NCBI RefSeq assembly: GCF_006345805.1
Contig: NC_043013.1
Coordinates: 7,378,001-7,442,000 of the forward strand
From: Octopus sinensis
Taxonomy: Eukaryota
Direction of reading: 5' to 3'
Length of the DNA: 64,000 nucleotides
Within the stretch, counting starts at the first letter, position 1, and each line of letters opens with the position of its first letter. The notes under the pieces were generated by a model. That model searched no databases, was not told where the DNA came from, and was given only the letters and a program-made list of their open reading frames with translations. Below, one piece after another: positions 38,060-50,896 of the stretch. The translations under genes and the position numbers were made by a program.

Positions 38060-41000
38060 ATGTTTGTGTGTCTGTGTTTGTCCCCCTGGCATTGCTTGAC
38101 AACCGATGCTGGTGTGTTTACGTCCCCGTCACTTAGCGGTTCGGCAAAAAGAGACTGATAGAATAAGTACTGGGCTTACAAAGAATAAGTCCCGGGGTCG
38201 ATTTGCTCGACTAAAGGTGGTGCTCCAGCATGGCCACAGTCAAATGACTGAAACAAGTAAAAGAGTAAAGAGTATATATTGTTTTATCTCATTGCGTATA
38301 TACATTTTGCATATATACATTCTGTGTATACATTAAGTATGATACGTAGATGATTATTTCAGTTTAATACTGTTTCAGTTGCATTCACTGAATTATTTTA
38401 CAACTCGGCAGTTATTTGCAATACTAGTGAATGCTAAATTCACCATTTCCTACATTGGAGGCAAGAGACCTTGTCGGGGCATGTGGCTGGCTGCAAGTAC
38501 ATGTTATTGACAAGATCCAAAAGGCACAAATACATCTGGAATTCTCACTAACCACTGCTGAGATGGTCGTTTTATCTTCTACCAACATATATTGTTTTAT
38601 CTCCTTCAATGTATACAGTAATCCTTTAGCATTCAAATGAAATGATTATTTATCCGTATTATTTTAAATTCATCATGTATTATCTCGTGGATTTGAGACT
38701 TCAATGATGAGACTGTTTATTTTCAGAATGATATTGTATGATAGGTGTGAGAGGATGAATCTAGCCAGTTTAAATGCTAAAAGGTTAATTATGATACTGG
38801 CACTTGTGCTGGTGGCACATGAAAAAACATTCGAGCGGGGTCGTTGCCAGTGCCGCTGGACTGGCTCCTGTGCAGGTGGCACATAAAAGCACCATTTGAG
38901 CATGGCCGCTGCCAGTACCGCCTGAATGGCCCTCATGCCAGTGGCACGTAAAAGCACCACTACACTCTCGGAGTGGTTGGCGTTAAGAAGGGCATCCAGC
39001 TGTAGAAACTCTGCCAGATCAGGTCGGAGTCTGGTGCAGCCATCTGTTTCGCCAGACCTCAGTCAAATCGTCCAACCCATGCTAGCATGGAAAGCGGACG
39101 TTAAATGATGAGGATGAGACGGCTACTTCAGTTTAATATTACTTCAGTTGCATTCACTGAATTATTTTTCAACTTGGCAGCTATTTGCAACAACAGTGAA
39201 TGTTTAATTCACTGTTTCCTACATTGGAGGCAAGAGGCCTTGTCAGGGCATGTGGCTGGATGCAACTGCATGTTAGCGACAAGATCCAAAAGGCATAAAT
39301 ACATCTGGCATTCTCATTAGCTGCTGCTGGGATGATTTTTCATCTCTGTCTGATAGATATTGTGTTTTTAAACACATCTTATCCATTAGAGATTTTGTCT
39401 GACAAAAGCTGCAGTAATTTGCCTAGCAATGGTGTATACACATGTGTGATAACTAGCTATTTTAATTTAATACTGTCTCTTATATTGCAGGTTTAAACCT
39501 TGTCTGATCATATGGTTGGTTGAAAGTATACATCATAGACAAAATTTTAAAAAACTGGCTAGAATGCATCTGATGTGCTTGCTAGCCACAAGCAGAGTGA
39601 TTATACCCCTCGTATACATTGTGTTTTAAACACTTCACATACATAAAAGGTTTTATCTTGGATAAAAACTTCAGCAACCTCCCTGTCATTTGTGTATATG
39701 CATTAAATATAATACATACAGGTATGTACATTAATAAATAAGACTGTCTTTGATGAGTGTTACACATTCATATCTATGTGTATACGTGTGTAGAATACAT
39801 CCCCACTTTTGGCACTATTTGTTAGTGAACAGTACGAACTGTGTTTTAAAGTAAACAGTATTACTATGCTGTGTCTAACGATATATAGGTGTTGCTGTGC
39901 TGAAAGTAGCGCAGTTCGTGTAACATGGAAAAGTAAATAACACGTAAAAGAATAACTATGCTTCGTATAGAGTTGTCTATCCCACTAGACTGAAACTACA
40001 CATAACAATGAGTAATACAAAATTTAGTACGGGAAGGTTGAATTCTCTAAATTATTTAGATTGATCAACATTTAGGCCAAAAATATATTTGGTATGAAAC
40101 ATCAAACAGTTTTATCTGTTAATCATTTACCTTGTTTGAATTTGTTATTTCTCTAGTGGAATTAAAAGCAACACATCATATTTCCATATCAATGTGGTAT
40201 TTTAACTAATCTAGAGTTTGTTTATTCTTCATCGTTGCTTGGCTCTGATGCTGCTTTTTTCATTCCAGCAAGGCAGTTCACTAATGCAACTCAGTCATTG
40301 ATGTTGACTGTTAGATGAAGCTATAGTTTTGAAGCTTACCAGAGTTATCTCTCTTTGATATTTCCCATTGAGGAAAGCTAAAGAGCTGGAAACATGCACC
40401 TGGGAATCCACCAAAGAGAAACACTGGGCAGATATAGTGATTTCATACCTTTTACCATATATATATATATATATATAATCATTAGTGACTGATGCACCAT
40501 TACTGCCAAAAGGCAGTCTTTATATCCAACTTAATGAGTTGTTAGAGCAGCTAATACCACATTTACCATATGAATGCATGGTGCAGAAAAGGACCAGACC
40601 TGCCAGATCTCATGATTTCAAAATGTCGCATCTCCTCAATGGCAGACATTTGGTAGCTGCATAGTCAAATTTCACTGCCAGCCAGTAACCATTCACTGAT
40701 GTTGCAAATTGCCAAAAGGCTTATTAAAAGGTAATTTTATGTACTATGCATCCCCTCAAGTTAAATAAGTACTCAGTGCTCAAACAATATATCCATATTA
40801 AGTTGGATATAAAGATTGCCTTTTGGTTTTAATACTTGCTTCTAATTCTAATAGTTATTCTTAGTAAGCTTGTTGGCTATTTATGACATCAGTGCCTGAA
40901 CAATCACCAAAATTCCATATATCTCTGGCAGTGAGGTTTGGCTGTATGCATCTATCAGATGTCTGCCATGGAAGAGATAGGGCATGTTGAAATCATGTGA

Positions 41001-41154
41001 TCTGGCATTTCTGGTGCCTGTAGCAGATGATTCTCATCTGCCAGCAATATAAATGTGTGCTTTTATGCAGCCTGAGTTCATATGAGAGATCCCCTAAAGA
41101 TAAATAACATGGTATTTGCTGATCTAAAAATACATCTACATTCAGTTGGATATA
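37625..41154. repeat. Locally amplified, diverged ~0.3-kb unit (at least 6 copies, one inverted), interrupted by SINE, RTE and MITE insertions
   Basis: Shared blocks CATTCACTG, CAGTGAATG, CTTGTC..CATGTGGCTGG..GACAAG and CATCTGGCA..GATGA at ~37625, 38350, 39118, 39453 and 40850 (+) and ~40540-40740 (inverted). Confidence 0.75.
37854..38272 (+). mobile_element. Full-length SINE family 1 inserted into copy 1 of the local repeat
   Basis: Family 1 sequence; the host unit resumes (tatattgttttatctc) after the SINE. Confidence 0.9.
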
Positions 41155-41558
41155 TACATATACACATATATGGATGCATACATACCCACTCAAATGTGAA
41201 TATACGTGTATATACACACATATTTATACAATATACATATGCAAAATACAGGGCCAATGCAGAGGAATTAACATATATATTATCTCCCTAACCTGAGTGT
41301 TTATTTTGAAATCTCACATTACCTCATGTATTCCCATCCAAAATGGAGATAAATACCAACATTCTCAAGTGGATCACTTGAATAATTGTGGAGATTTCTC
41401 CACATGAAACCATTGGTTGACTAGTTAATCCATAAATAAAGTATATAAACATACATACATATATATAGGGAGAGTTTACGAAAAAAAACAAAAGATGAAG
41501 ACAAGTGGTGTACAAAACAAACAGATGTATTAGTATAATGCTCAGGAATAGAAAAAGT

Positions 41559-41594
41559 CTTTTACGTTTCGAGCCTATGCTCTTCTACAGAAAG
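41559..41594 (-). ncRNA. Minimal hammerhead-like motif with variant core in a Penelope-type repeat
   Basis: cttt CTGTAGA a GAGC atag GCTC GAAAC GTA aaag. The core is CUGUAGA rather than CUGANGA. Confidence 0.4.
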
Positions 41595-42719
41595 GGACAC
41601 AGAAAAAAACAAGGAGAGAAAAAATGTGTGTAGTGGCTAATGATCTATCATGGCGACTAGGTAGAAGCAAAGTAAAACTAATGGACATTTAGCATTTCAA
41701 GTAGTATATTTAAAACTCTTGTATAGTGGCATCTAGAAAGACATGGGTTCTGTGTAAGCTAACTTCACTTTATAAAGAGAAAGTCTTGAGTTGCTTTGCC
41801 TTAAAATGGAATGTTAACAGGATTTATCGACAGGCACCTATGCCTACCCCCCTTTGCTTGTGAAGACTTGTTGAGGCAAGTGAAATCGGAATCGAAATTG
41901 AACCAATCCTATGACTGGCACCCGGCAGATGCCAGGACCCCTGGACTGGAGATACGTAAAAAGCACCATCTGAATCGTGGCCGAAGCCAGTGCCGCCTCG
42001 ACTGGCTTCCGTGCAGGTGGCACGTAAAATGCACCAATCCGACCGTGGCCGATGCCAGCCTCGCCTGGCACCTGTGCAGGTGGCACGTAAAAAGCACCCA
42101 CTACACTCACGGAGTGGTTGGCGTTAGGAAGGGCATCCAGCTGTAGAAACATTGCCAGATAAGACCGGAGCCTGTTGCAGCCTTCTGGCTTCCCAGATCC
42201 CCGGTCGAACTGTCCAACCCATGCTAGCATGGAGAACGGACGTTAAACGATGATGATGATGATATATAAATGATTAGAAACAAGATATGGAGTTTTTAGC
42301 TGTTATTTATTACAAACAGAGTATTAAGTTTATTTCTTTGATTTATACAATTTTGTAAATATCAGAACAGATAAAAAAACAAATTTCGTGGATAGTTTTA
42401 AGCTCTATTCTTCATTACTAGCAATGCATACAAAATAATTTGAAAACATGAGAAGATATACTTATTATTTAAATGCAATCATTTGTTTACTTTAAAAATT
42501 TCAATGGAAGCATCAAAGACAAGGAGAGGAAGAATTTTGTAATTCAACAGTTTCAGATGAAACTAAATTTCTATAAAGTGAAGATGATTTTTTTTTTTTA
42601 AATGGCCTATATTTTCTACTGGCATTGAACTAGATTAGAAGTGGGAAAGAGTGTTAAAAGATTTCTCAGTAAATTTTCTAAAAAGATAATTTAGAAAACT
42701 AAAAGATAATTTTTACAGT

Positions 42720-42839
42720 TGGGTTGGACAGTTCTACTGGGGTCTGTGAAGCCAGAAGGCTTCATCAGGCCCAGCCAGATTTGACTGGGCCTGATGAAGC
42801 CTTCTGGCTTCACAGACCCCAGTAGAACCGTCCAACCCA
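42720..42839. repeat. Fold-back hairpin (55-bp arms, 10-nt loop) at the 5' end of an RTE tail
   Basis: 42720-42774 is the reverse complement of 42785-42839 with one mismatch. Confidence 0.92.
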
Positions 42840-43649
42840 TGCTAGCATGGAAAACGGACGCTAAACGATGATGATGATGAAACTAACTGAAAGGATAACA
42901 TTAAAATTAAGTTTGATATGGAAATTTTTCTCACATATCTGAAACTTAATTAATGGATAAAATTAATACATTACTAATAATAATAATAAAAAATGAACGA
43001 AAATCAAGAGCTTTGTAATGAAAGTTGAATGCTTTCATCATTGAAAACTACTTTTTAAAATGTTGGAATGTCACGACTAGGAAACCAACATTACTATTAT
43101 ATCATTAGATTGTCAGTACTTATAAAAATTGTTTTTGCTAGTCTAATTCTTAAAATCTCTGACCATAGATTTCTGCATCCAGTCAGAAAGTTTCTTTCAA
43201 AAGCACTGGTCTGGACAAGGTTTTTTTCTGTTTTTGTGTGTGTGTTTGTATGGAAGATTAACACTTGCAGATTGATGAAAGACTTTTATTCATACATTCC
43301 ACCAATGATGTCCCAAAGAAAAGCAAGATTGGTACAGCTTTGCATCAGTCATGTTGTAGGTGCTGCCATTTAGAACTTAAAGAGCTGGAACAGAGAATGC
43401 AAGACATCCCATTAGAAGCTTTAACAGTTCCAGAAACTTGGATTAAATCCCTTTTTTTTTTTTATTGACTGAAAGACTGAAATATAAAGTTGGTTTAAAG
43501 TTGTCCTGAGCAAGATTTGAAATCAAAGTGCAGACCATCAGAACAAATACATTCTCTCCCATGTCCTAGTAATTCTGCCAATTTGCCACTTTTGTCCAGC
43601 TATACTAACATCATCATCCCACCATTAACTACTATTTTCATATAATAAC

Positions 43650-43985
43650 TTTAGAAATCATTGTACAATATTCCTGTGAGATATGGACACTGACAGCAGA
43701 ATTCGAAAGACGAATCCAGGCTACAGAGATCAAATGTTTCAGGAGACTTCTAGGAATATCATACAGAGATTGTGTCACAAGTGAGAAAGTAAAAAGAAGA
43801 ATAAGGCAGGCAATGGGGCCCTATGCAGAGGCAGAAAGAGAAAGAGGTGGCAAAACAACCTCTGTGAGTGGACAGACCTAAGGATGAGAGATGCAGTGCA
43901 AGAGGCAGAAGACAGAGACGGATGTAGGGATCTGGTTGCAAAGTCATCGGTAGTGGCCCAACGGTCAGCCAGACTACAGGATGTG
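43650..43985 (+). mobile_element. Old RTE LINE C-terminal relic
   Basis: YSCEIWTLTAEFERRIQATEIKCFRRLLGISY and EWTDL...AEDRDGCRDLV motifs. Confidence 0.7.
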
Positions 43986-44025
43986 TAATGTAGTGTAGAG
44001 ACTCCTATCTTCCATAGTTCTGGAA

Positions 44026-44063
44026 TTAACCTATAAATAATGAAGTTACTGAATGATACCAAC
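44026..44063 (-). CDS. Gene B terminal coding segment (exon homologous to gene A's 3'UTR exon)
   Basis: Strong acceptor tttttctatttatttcag|GT at 44064/44063; the phase-1 frame reads (R)WYHSVTSLFIG*. An intervening exon between 47369 and 44063 cannot be excluded. Confidence 0.55.
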
Positions 44064-44971
44064 CTGAAATAAATAGAAAAACAAATAAATGACATTATTA
44101 ATTCAATATTAAGTTTAATTATTAATTAATAAACTTATATATAAACAAAGACAGTACATAACAGCATTGGATCAGTTAAACGATGTACATAAATCATCTA
44201 CCACTACCACCACCATCTGTCTTCTATGCTTGCATTGATTGGATGGATGGTTCAACATGATATCTGACTGGTTAGCAGACTGCATCATGTTCCAGTGTTT
44301 GCTTTGAAATGGTTTCCATGGTTGGATACATTTCTAATGCCAGCTACATTACAGAGTGTTCCGGGTGCTTTTTTCCATGGATGAGTAAGCTCTCCATGTA
44401 GCTCACAAGACCAAGATCCTTTTCATCTGAAAGGAACTACACACATACATAGATGATGGCCTCTTACTCGCTCTTAATTATAAAATGATGATACATCAAG
44501 CAATGGGCTGTGCATGATTTTATTTTCCAAGTGAGAAGAGGCCTTGCACACAACCAACCCCACTCTCTGAACAATGATGACAGATGCCCTTAAAGGAAGA
44601 ACTAATCAACATCAACATTGGCTGCCATTGAGTCACAGGTTTCACATAAGTTTCTCTTTTCCTGCAATAATGTCTTAACAAGGGCCAAGGGTCACTCACT
44701 CCCAGTAATGTGGCACACCATGCCTACATCTTCATTCTCATGGTTCTCTGTTGACTGAACCCATTGCATCTGCCCTTTATTGAAAACATGTCAATCCTCT
44801 GTGCAGCCACTGTGTTTTTTCCACCAGAGTCATCAGTTTGTCAACGATTGCTGCAGGAATAGGGCTATCCATGAGAAATAACAGAACCAAACTTGCGTAC
44901 ACACCATTAAATGACTGCTGACTTTAATGAGTTCATCTATCCTTTGACAGGTTTTGTTTTCCGTCATGCTG

Positions 44972-45196
44972 CGAGCTGGCAGAAATGTTAGCACGCCGGG
45001 CGAAATGCATAGCCGTATTTCATCTGCCGTTACGTTCAGAGTTCAAATTCCGCCGAGGTCGACTTTGCCTTTCATCCTTTCGGGGTCGATAAATTAAGTA
45101 CCAGTTACGCACTGGGGTCGATGTAATCGACTTAATCCGTTTGTCTGTCCTTGTTTGTTCCCTCTGTGTTTGGCTCCTTGTGGTTAGTAAAGAAAT
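44972..45196 (+). mobile_element. SINE family 2 with ~23-bp TSD
   Basis: AGGTTTTGTTTTCCGTCATGCTG at 44949-44971 and 45197-45219. Confidence 0.9.
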
Positions 45197-46329
45197 AGGT
45201 TTTGTTTTCCGTCATGCTGGGTATCCAGTCACCCTCCAGATGGAGCAAGCGTAGAGGGGTTGCCAGTAGCAGGCTGGACTGGGTTACATGTTACCAGTAA
45301 CACCCACAAGTGATCTGACATTACAAATATACATACATACCTTTATTTTTATATATATATTATATCACGTGATATAGCCTTCAAATGATGCCCCTCCCCA
45401 CTTCTGCTGGCCAAGCGAGGAGCAGGCCAACAGAAGAAAGAGTGAGAGAAAGTTGCGGCGAAAGAGAACAGCAGGGATCACCAGCACCCCCTGTCAGAGC
45501 CGCGTGGAGCTTTAGGTGTTTACGCTCAATAAACACAACGCCCATCTGGGAATCGAAACCGCGAGTCCACTGCCCTAACCACTGAGCCATTGCGCCTCCA
45601 CTATATTATATAGGGAGTGTTTATCACCACTTTAACATGGGTGTTCTCTAAAAGACGATGACACTGTCGTTTTAACCACAGAAAGAAATCTCCTGCAGCT
45701 GATTCATTCAGTGCGCTTTCTGCACTCAATATTTATTGCAGGCTGGAGATAACCCCTGCCACCCTTGCTTTGAGACCACCAGACTACATGATTTTTGATC
45801 CTATTGGATCTCTTCAGTGGTGGGCACTCATTTGCCAGGCATGGCAGCAGTTTAACCTTGCTTGCAATATATAGAAAATACAGTGTCATACAATGATTTT
45901 GTAATTAGAAAATATCTGTTTGAGATAAAAGCAGTATATGAACCAGAAGGGAGTGTGTACTCATACCAGCATGGACAACAGACTTTAAATGAAGATGATA
46001 TATATATATATATAGGCACACATGTGACTGCGTGGTAAGAAGCATGTGTCTGTAGGTCTGTGGTTCTCTCTCCCACCATCACTCAACAACCGATGCTGGT
46101 ATGTTTAAGTCCCGGTAACTTAGCAGTCTGGCAAAAGGGACTGATAGAGTAACTACTAGGCTTACAAAGAGTAAGTCCTAGGGTTAATTTTTTTCAACTA
46201 AAATTCCTGTAAGTACGGCTGCAGTAAAAGAATAAAATAATATATTGAACCGTCCAACCCATGCTAGCATGGAAAGCGGACGCTAAACGATGAATAATAA
46301 TAATAATAATAATAATATAAATAATATAT

Positions 46330-46548
46330 ATATGCATTTATACATACACATATGTACATACATATATACATATGTACATACATATATACATATGTACATA
46401 CATACACATATATACATATGTATATACATACACATATACATATACATATGTACATATACATATACATATGTACATACATACACATATACACATATATACA
46501 TATGTACATACATACACATATGTACATACATATATACATATGCATATA
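46330..46548. repeat. (CATA/TA)n compound microsatellite
   Basis: Directly visible. Confidence 0.9.
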
Positions 46549-47368
46549 TGGGTACAGGACGTTATAAAGCATAAACAACATGAAATACAAAATACGAAAA
46601 CATGGAATACAAACTTTTTTTCGCAAACAACGAAAGAAACAAATGGAAATCAAGACAAGTAACGTAAAGAACGACCCTTCATCAGTTTCAAGCAATATAT
46701 ATATATTTGTGTAACGTCCGGTTTTTTCCGTCCTTGTTTTTGTATACATTCACTGCTTTGTTCCAAGGAATCTAATGCTCTTAGCTTAGTTTTTCCTCGG
46801 GGCTGGCCAGATTGGAGCAATCTCAAGTAAAATCAGCTGAAATTGCGAAGATAATCTGGTACTTGACTGAGGAAAGAAAACTTCAAATGACCCGTCCTTG
46901 CTTTCTTTGTATCGGCTATCTGGATGTTTTGTTGTCCCATTTTTGTATCACCTAACTATCCGAATGTTTTGCATTCTTATCCCATTTTGTATTATATATA
47001 TATATATAATGCATACATATATATACATGGATACACACATGTATAGATGCATATACACACATGCATGCATACACACACACATATCATTAATCAACATTTT
47101 AACATCCATATATCCATGATTGCTCTGGTCAGACAATATTGCACCTTCCAGAGACATAGTCGAACAAAATTACAGCCACTGAAACATATTTATAGGTTCA
47201 AAAGGTCAAGATTTTTCTTTTTTTTTTTTCAACATTTAGTTGCCCTCGTCTGTTTAGTTCCTCAGAAACAGACCATAAGTAGGATCTAACCTTATAAACA
47301 ATCTCAGAGAAAAATTAGAATAAAAGCAGTGGTGGGGAGGAAATGTTTTGGGTAAGAATATTACTTAC

Positions 47369-47445
47369 GTTCTGAGGTATCAGAGGAATCGTGATTCAAA
47401 TACACTGGGTTGTTCACTTCTACAACAGTCGGACTATGGTGACAG
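47369..47445 (-). CDS. Gene B exon homologous to E4
   Basis: tttttctag|C ... GAA C|gtaagt; phase 2 to 1, 77 nt. Encodes CHHSPTVVEVNNPVYLNHDSSDTSE. Both flanking introns align to those of gene A E4. Confidence 0.8.
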
Positions 47446-48832
47446 CTAGAAAAACATTAAACAAAAAAACAAAAAGAGAAGTGAGTCTGTCTTTTGATTG
47501 GTACCTGCTTCCAGACCATGAAATAATCTCAAGAAATATTTGATGCAATATTGGCTTCAAATTTTGGTACAGGGCCAGCAAATCAATTAAATCAACCCTT
47601 GTGCTCATCATCATCATCATCATCGTTTAACATCCACTTTCCATGCTGGCATGGGTTGGACGGTTTGACATGGAGCTGACTAGACTCCAATTGCCTGTTG
47701 TGGCATGGTTTCCACTGTTGGATGCCCTTCCTAAAGGTAGATGGAAACTGTATGGAAGCCCATTGTGTATGTATGTGTGTGTGTGTTTCTTGTTTGTGTT
47801 TGTCTTCCACTACTGCTTAATAATGGGTGTTGGTATGTTTACATTCCTATTACAGCAGTTTGGTAATAGAGATCAATAGAATAAGTACCAGACTTAGAAA
47901 AAGAAAATAATTGGGGGTTAACTGGTTTGACTAGACCTTTCAAGGTGGTGCCCCAGCATGGCCACAGTCCAGTGACTGAAACAAGTAAAAAAATAAAAGA
48001 TAAATGAATACAAAAAGGAAATTTTTTTCTCCCGCCATGTGTTCAATATTTGAATGTTACAGTACTCACTATTTTACAAGTGGCCATGCTGAGATACTAC
48101 CTTAAAGGGTTTTAACCAATTATGTTAAACACAGTATAATAATAATAGCAAGATTACTCAGAGAGTGCAAACCACTTCCAAGGCAATGCCAACGTCCTCT
48201 CATTTATAAATCACCAACCACTTTACAAGGTGGACTGGACACTTTTTACAAGTATGGGAAAGTAGACATTAAATGACGATGATGATGATGTCAATGTAAA
48301 CATTTTCCTAACATGGGAAAACCCATGAATAATTGCTTCATCATTTCTTCAGCTTATTTGCAGCCAATCAACAAGAACTGTTTAGGACAAACATAAAAGG
48401 CAAATTCCCCAAAGCAATGCATTTTTTCCCCTCTTACATAAGTCTAATTATCTTGACTGGTATTTTTCTCTTCCAAATATGAACGAATATATAAGTAAAG
48501 AAAATATGTAGAAATGATCAAAGACCGACCAAAGCCTTCTGAATGGATTTGGTAGACGGAAACTGAAAGAAGCAAAAAAAAAAAAAAAAAAAAAAAAAAA
48601 GCACCAACTGATCGTGGCCGATGCCAGACACCTCTGGCACTTGTGCAGGTGGCACATAAAAAGCACCCACTACACTCGCAGAGTGGTTGGCGTTAGGAAG
48701 GGCATCAAGCTGTAGAAACACTGCCAGATCAGACTGGAGCCTGGGGCAGCCCCTGGCTCCCCAGACCCCGGTCGAACCATCCAACCCGTGCTAGCGCGGA
48801 AAACGGACGTTAAACGATGATGATGATGATGA

Positions 48833-48866
<34 letters not shown>

Positions 48867-49374
48867 ATATGTGTGTGTGTGTGTATATATGTTTGTGTGT
48901 CTGTGTTTGTCCCCCCCAACATCACTTGACAACCGATGCTGGTGTGTTTACATCCCCGTAACTTAGCAGTTCGGCAAAAGAGACTGATAGAATAAGTACT
49001 AGGCTTACAAAGAACAAGTCCTGGGGTTGATTTGCTCGACTAAAAAGGCAGTGCTCCAGCATGGCTGCAGTCAAATGACTGAAACAAGTAAAAGAGTGAA
49101 AAGTGTATAAGGGTAAACTCTTCATCTGATGAATAAATACCATCAATAATTTCCACTACTGCAAAGAATCTAGACCTTGCTCATTTACCAGATAAAGTGC
49201 TGGGTTCATTGCATGTATGTTTCATCGCAAAAGTATGTTTTTTTCTTTAAATTAAAAACAAAACTAAACAACACCGTTTGGAGATGCCATTAACAATGAG
49301 TCATAAACACACTTGACTATACAGTTGCAATGTGATCAGTTGTCCATTTTTAGTATTTTGTCTTTTTCTACATA

Positions 49375-49787
49375 GGCACAGGAGTGGCTGTGTGGTAAAT
49401 AGCTTGCTTACCAACCACATGGCTCCGGGTTCAGTCCCACTGCGTGGCACCTTGGGCAAGTGTCTTCTACTATAGCCTTGGGCAAGTGTCTTCTACTATA
49501 GCCTTGGGCCGACCAAAGCCTTGTGAGTAGATTTGGTAGACGGAAACTGAAAGAAGCCCGTTGTATATATGTATATATATGTGTTTGTGTGTCTGTGTTT
49601 GTCCCCCCAACATCGCTTGACAATCGATGCTGGTGTGTTTACGTCCCCGTAACTTAGCGGTTCGGCAAAATTGAGTGATAGAATAAGTACTAGGCTTACA
49701 AAGAATAAGTCCTGGGGGTTGATTTCCTCGACTAAAGGTGGTGCTCCAGCATGGCCGCAGTCAAATGACTGAAACAAGTAAAAGAGT
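49375..49787 (+). mobile_element. SINE family 1 copy with a short internal tandem duplication
   Basis: CCTTGGGCAAGTGTCTTCTACTATAG is duplicated. Confidence 0.9.
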
Positions 49788-50184
49788 ATATGTTGTTCAT
49801 TATCGCTTTAACGAGAATTCGGTGAAGATTACATTTAAGCTATTCCTGCTATACTGGGAACACGGTGTGACAGAGTTAAACCATGTCCATGACTCATGAG
49901 CTTCAGTTTCCAAATATTCGCTTCAGAAAAACATGGAACAGACAAAAATTTCGTTTCTCATTTCCTGTGTAATAAGTTCATGTGTATTTAGGAATGTGTT
50001 GCGGAATTTAAATACACACTTGATGAGCTAATATCATGAGCTTGTTTTGATCCTATTACATCTTATCTCCTGTCACAGAAATCTGATGGCAGGAGGGGTT
50101 TGCTTATGTAAACCCCTCTGTTTAAAGAATCTGTTTAAAGAATGTGTTTAAATGACAATATCGTATAGATTAAAAGTTATATAC

Positions 50185-50269
50185 CTATCATATGCGCTTG
50201 AGACAAAAGAAGGAAAGTAAGTAGTTATTTTAAATGGGAAAAATTCTTCAAACTTCCAGTAACTGCGAT
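50185..50269 (-). CDS. Gene B exon homologous to E3
   Basis: ttttgcag|ATCGCAGTT (gene A: cag|ATCACAGTT) ... AG|gtatat; phase 1 to 2, 85 nt. Encodes (Y)RSYWKFEEFFPFKITTYFPSFVSSAYD(S). Confidence 0.75.
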
Positions 50270-50390
50270 CTGCAAAACAAAACAAAAATAATAATAAAAA
50301 TAATGATAATAATAATAATAATAATGATAATAATAATAATGATAATAATAATAATAATAATAATTAATAATAATAATAATAAATAATAAT

Positions 50391-50896
50391 TATCATGTAC
50401 ATTGTTTTGTCTTGGTATAAAAGATGGGCTACAGCAAATATTCTGCTCAATACCACAGATTTGCTTGTCACTTGTTTGACCGTAACCAGTTGAGCATGTC
50501 CCTTAGTGGCTGACGATATGTGCATCTCTGATCACGAGCAGAAGTAGTGGGGGAGCATCGTAGCCATGTGTTGAGAGGGATTCTTCAGGGTTTGGATGAT
50601 TCGCCTCTGGAAACATGGGTGTTTCATTCAACATCCTTAAACAACCCTTAATCAGGGACCTTTTGAGTGGGATGGGTTACCCAACCAGAAGAAAATTCTA
50701 ACTGGGCCCCACCTGCAAGGTTATGCGCTGTTTATCTTGTTATGAGATCACCATGTCGCGCACATATGGTTGTGATGCATGTGCCTGGTGCACCCTTATC
50801 AGACGGGTAGTCACGATGGGTATACTGGGCTTTGTATATTTTACCCCAGTGTCATTTTGATGGCATGCACTGCTCTCTCACTCAATAATAATAATA
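50391..50896 (+). mobile_element. Non-LTR element 3' end in (AAT)n, same family as 18251-18845
   Basis: High similarity to 18310-18800. Confidence 0.75.

Noticed and set aside
38424-39320. Short ORFs in the local tandem units
   Set aside because: No frame stays open across all copies and substitutions are not biased to synonymous sites.
44500-45900. Candidate thyroglobulin exon for gene B (GATGACTCTGG at ~44830; Cys codons at ~45840)
   Set aside because: No frame gives the QC...CxCVD pattern, and flanks do not align to gene A E5; more likely degraded retroelement sequence.
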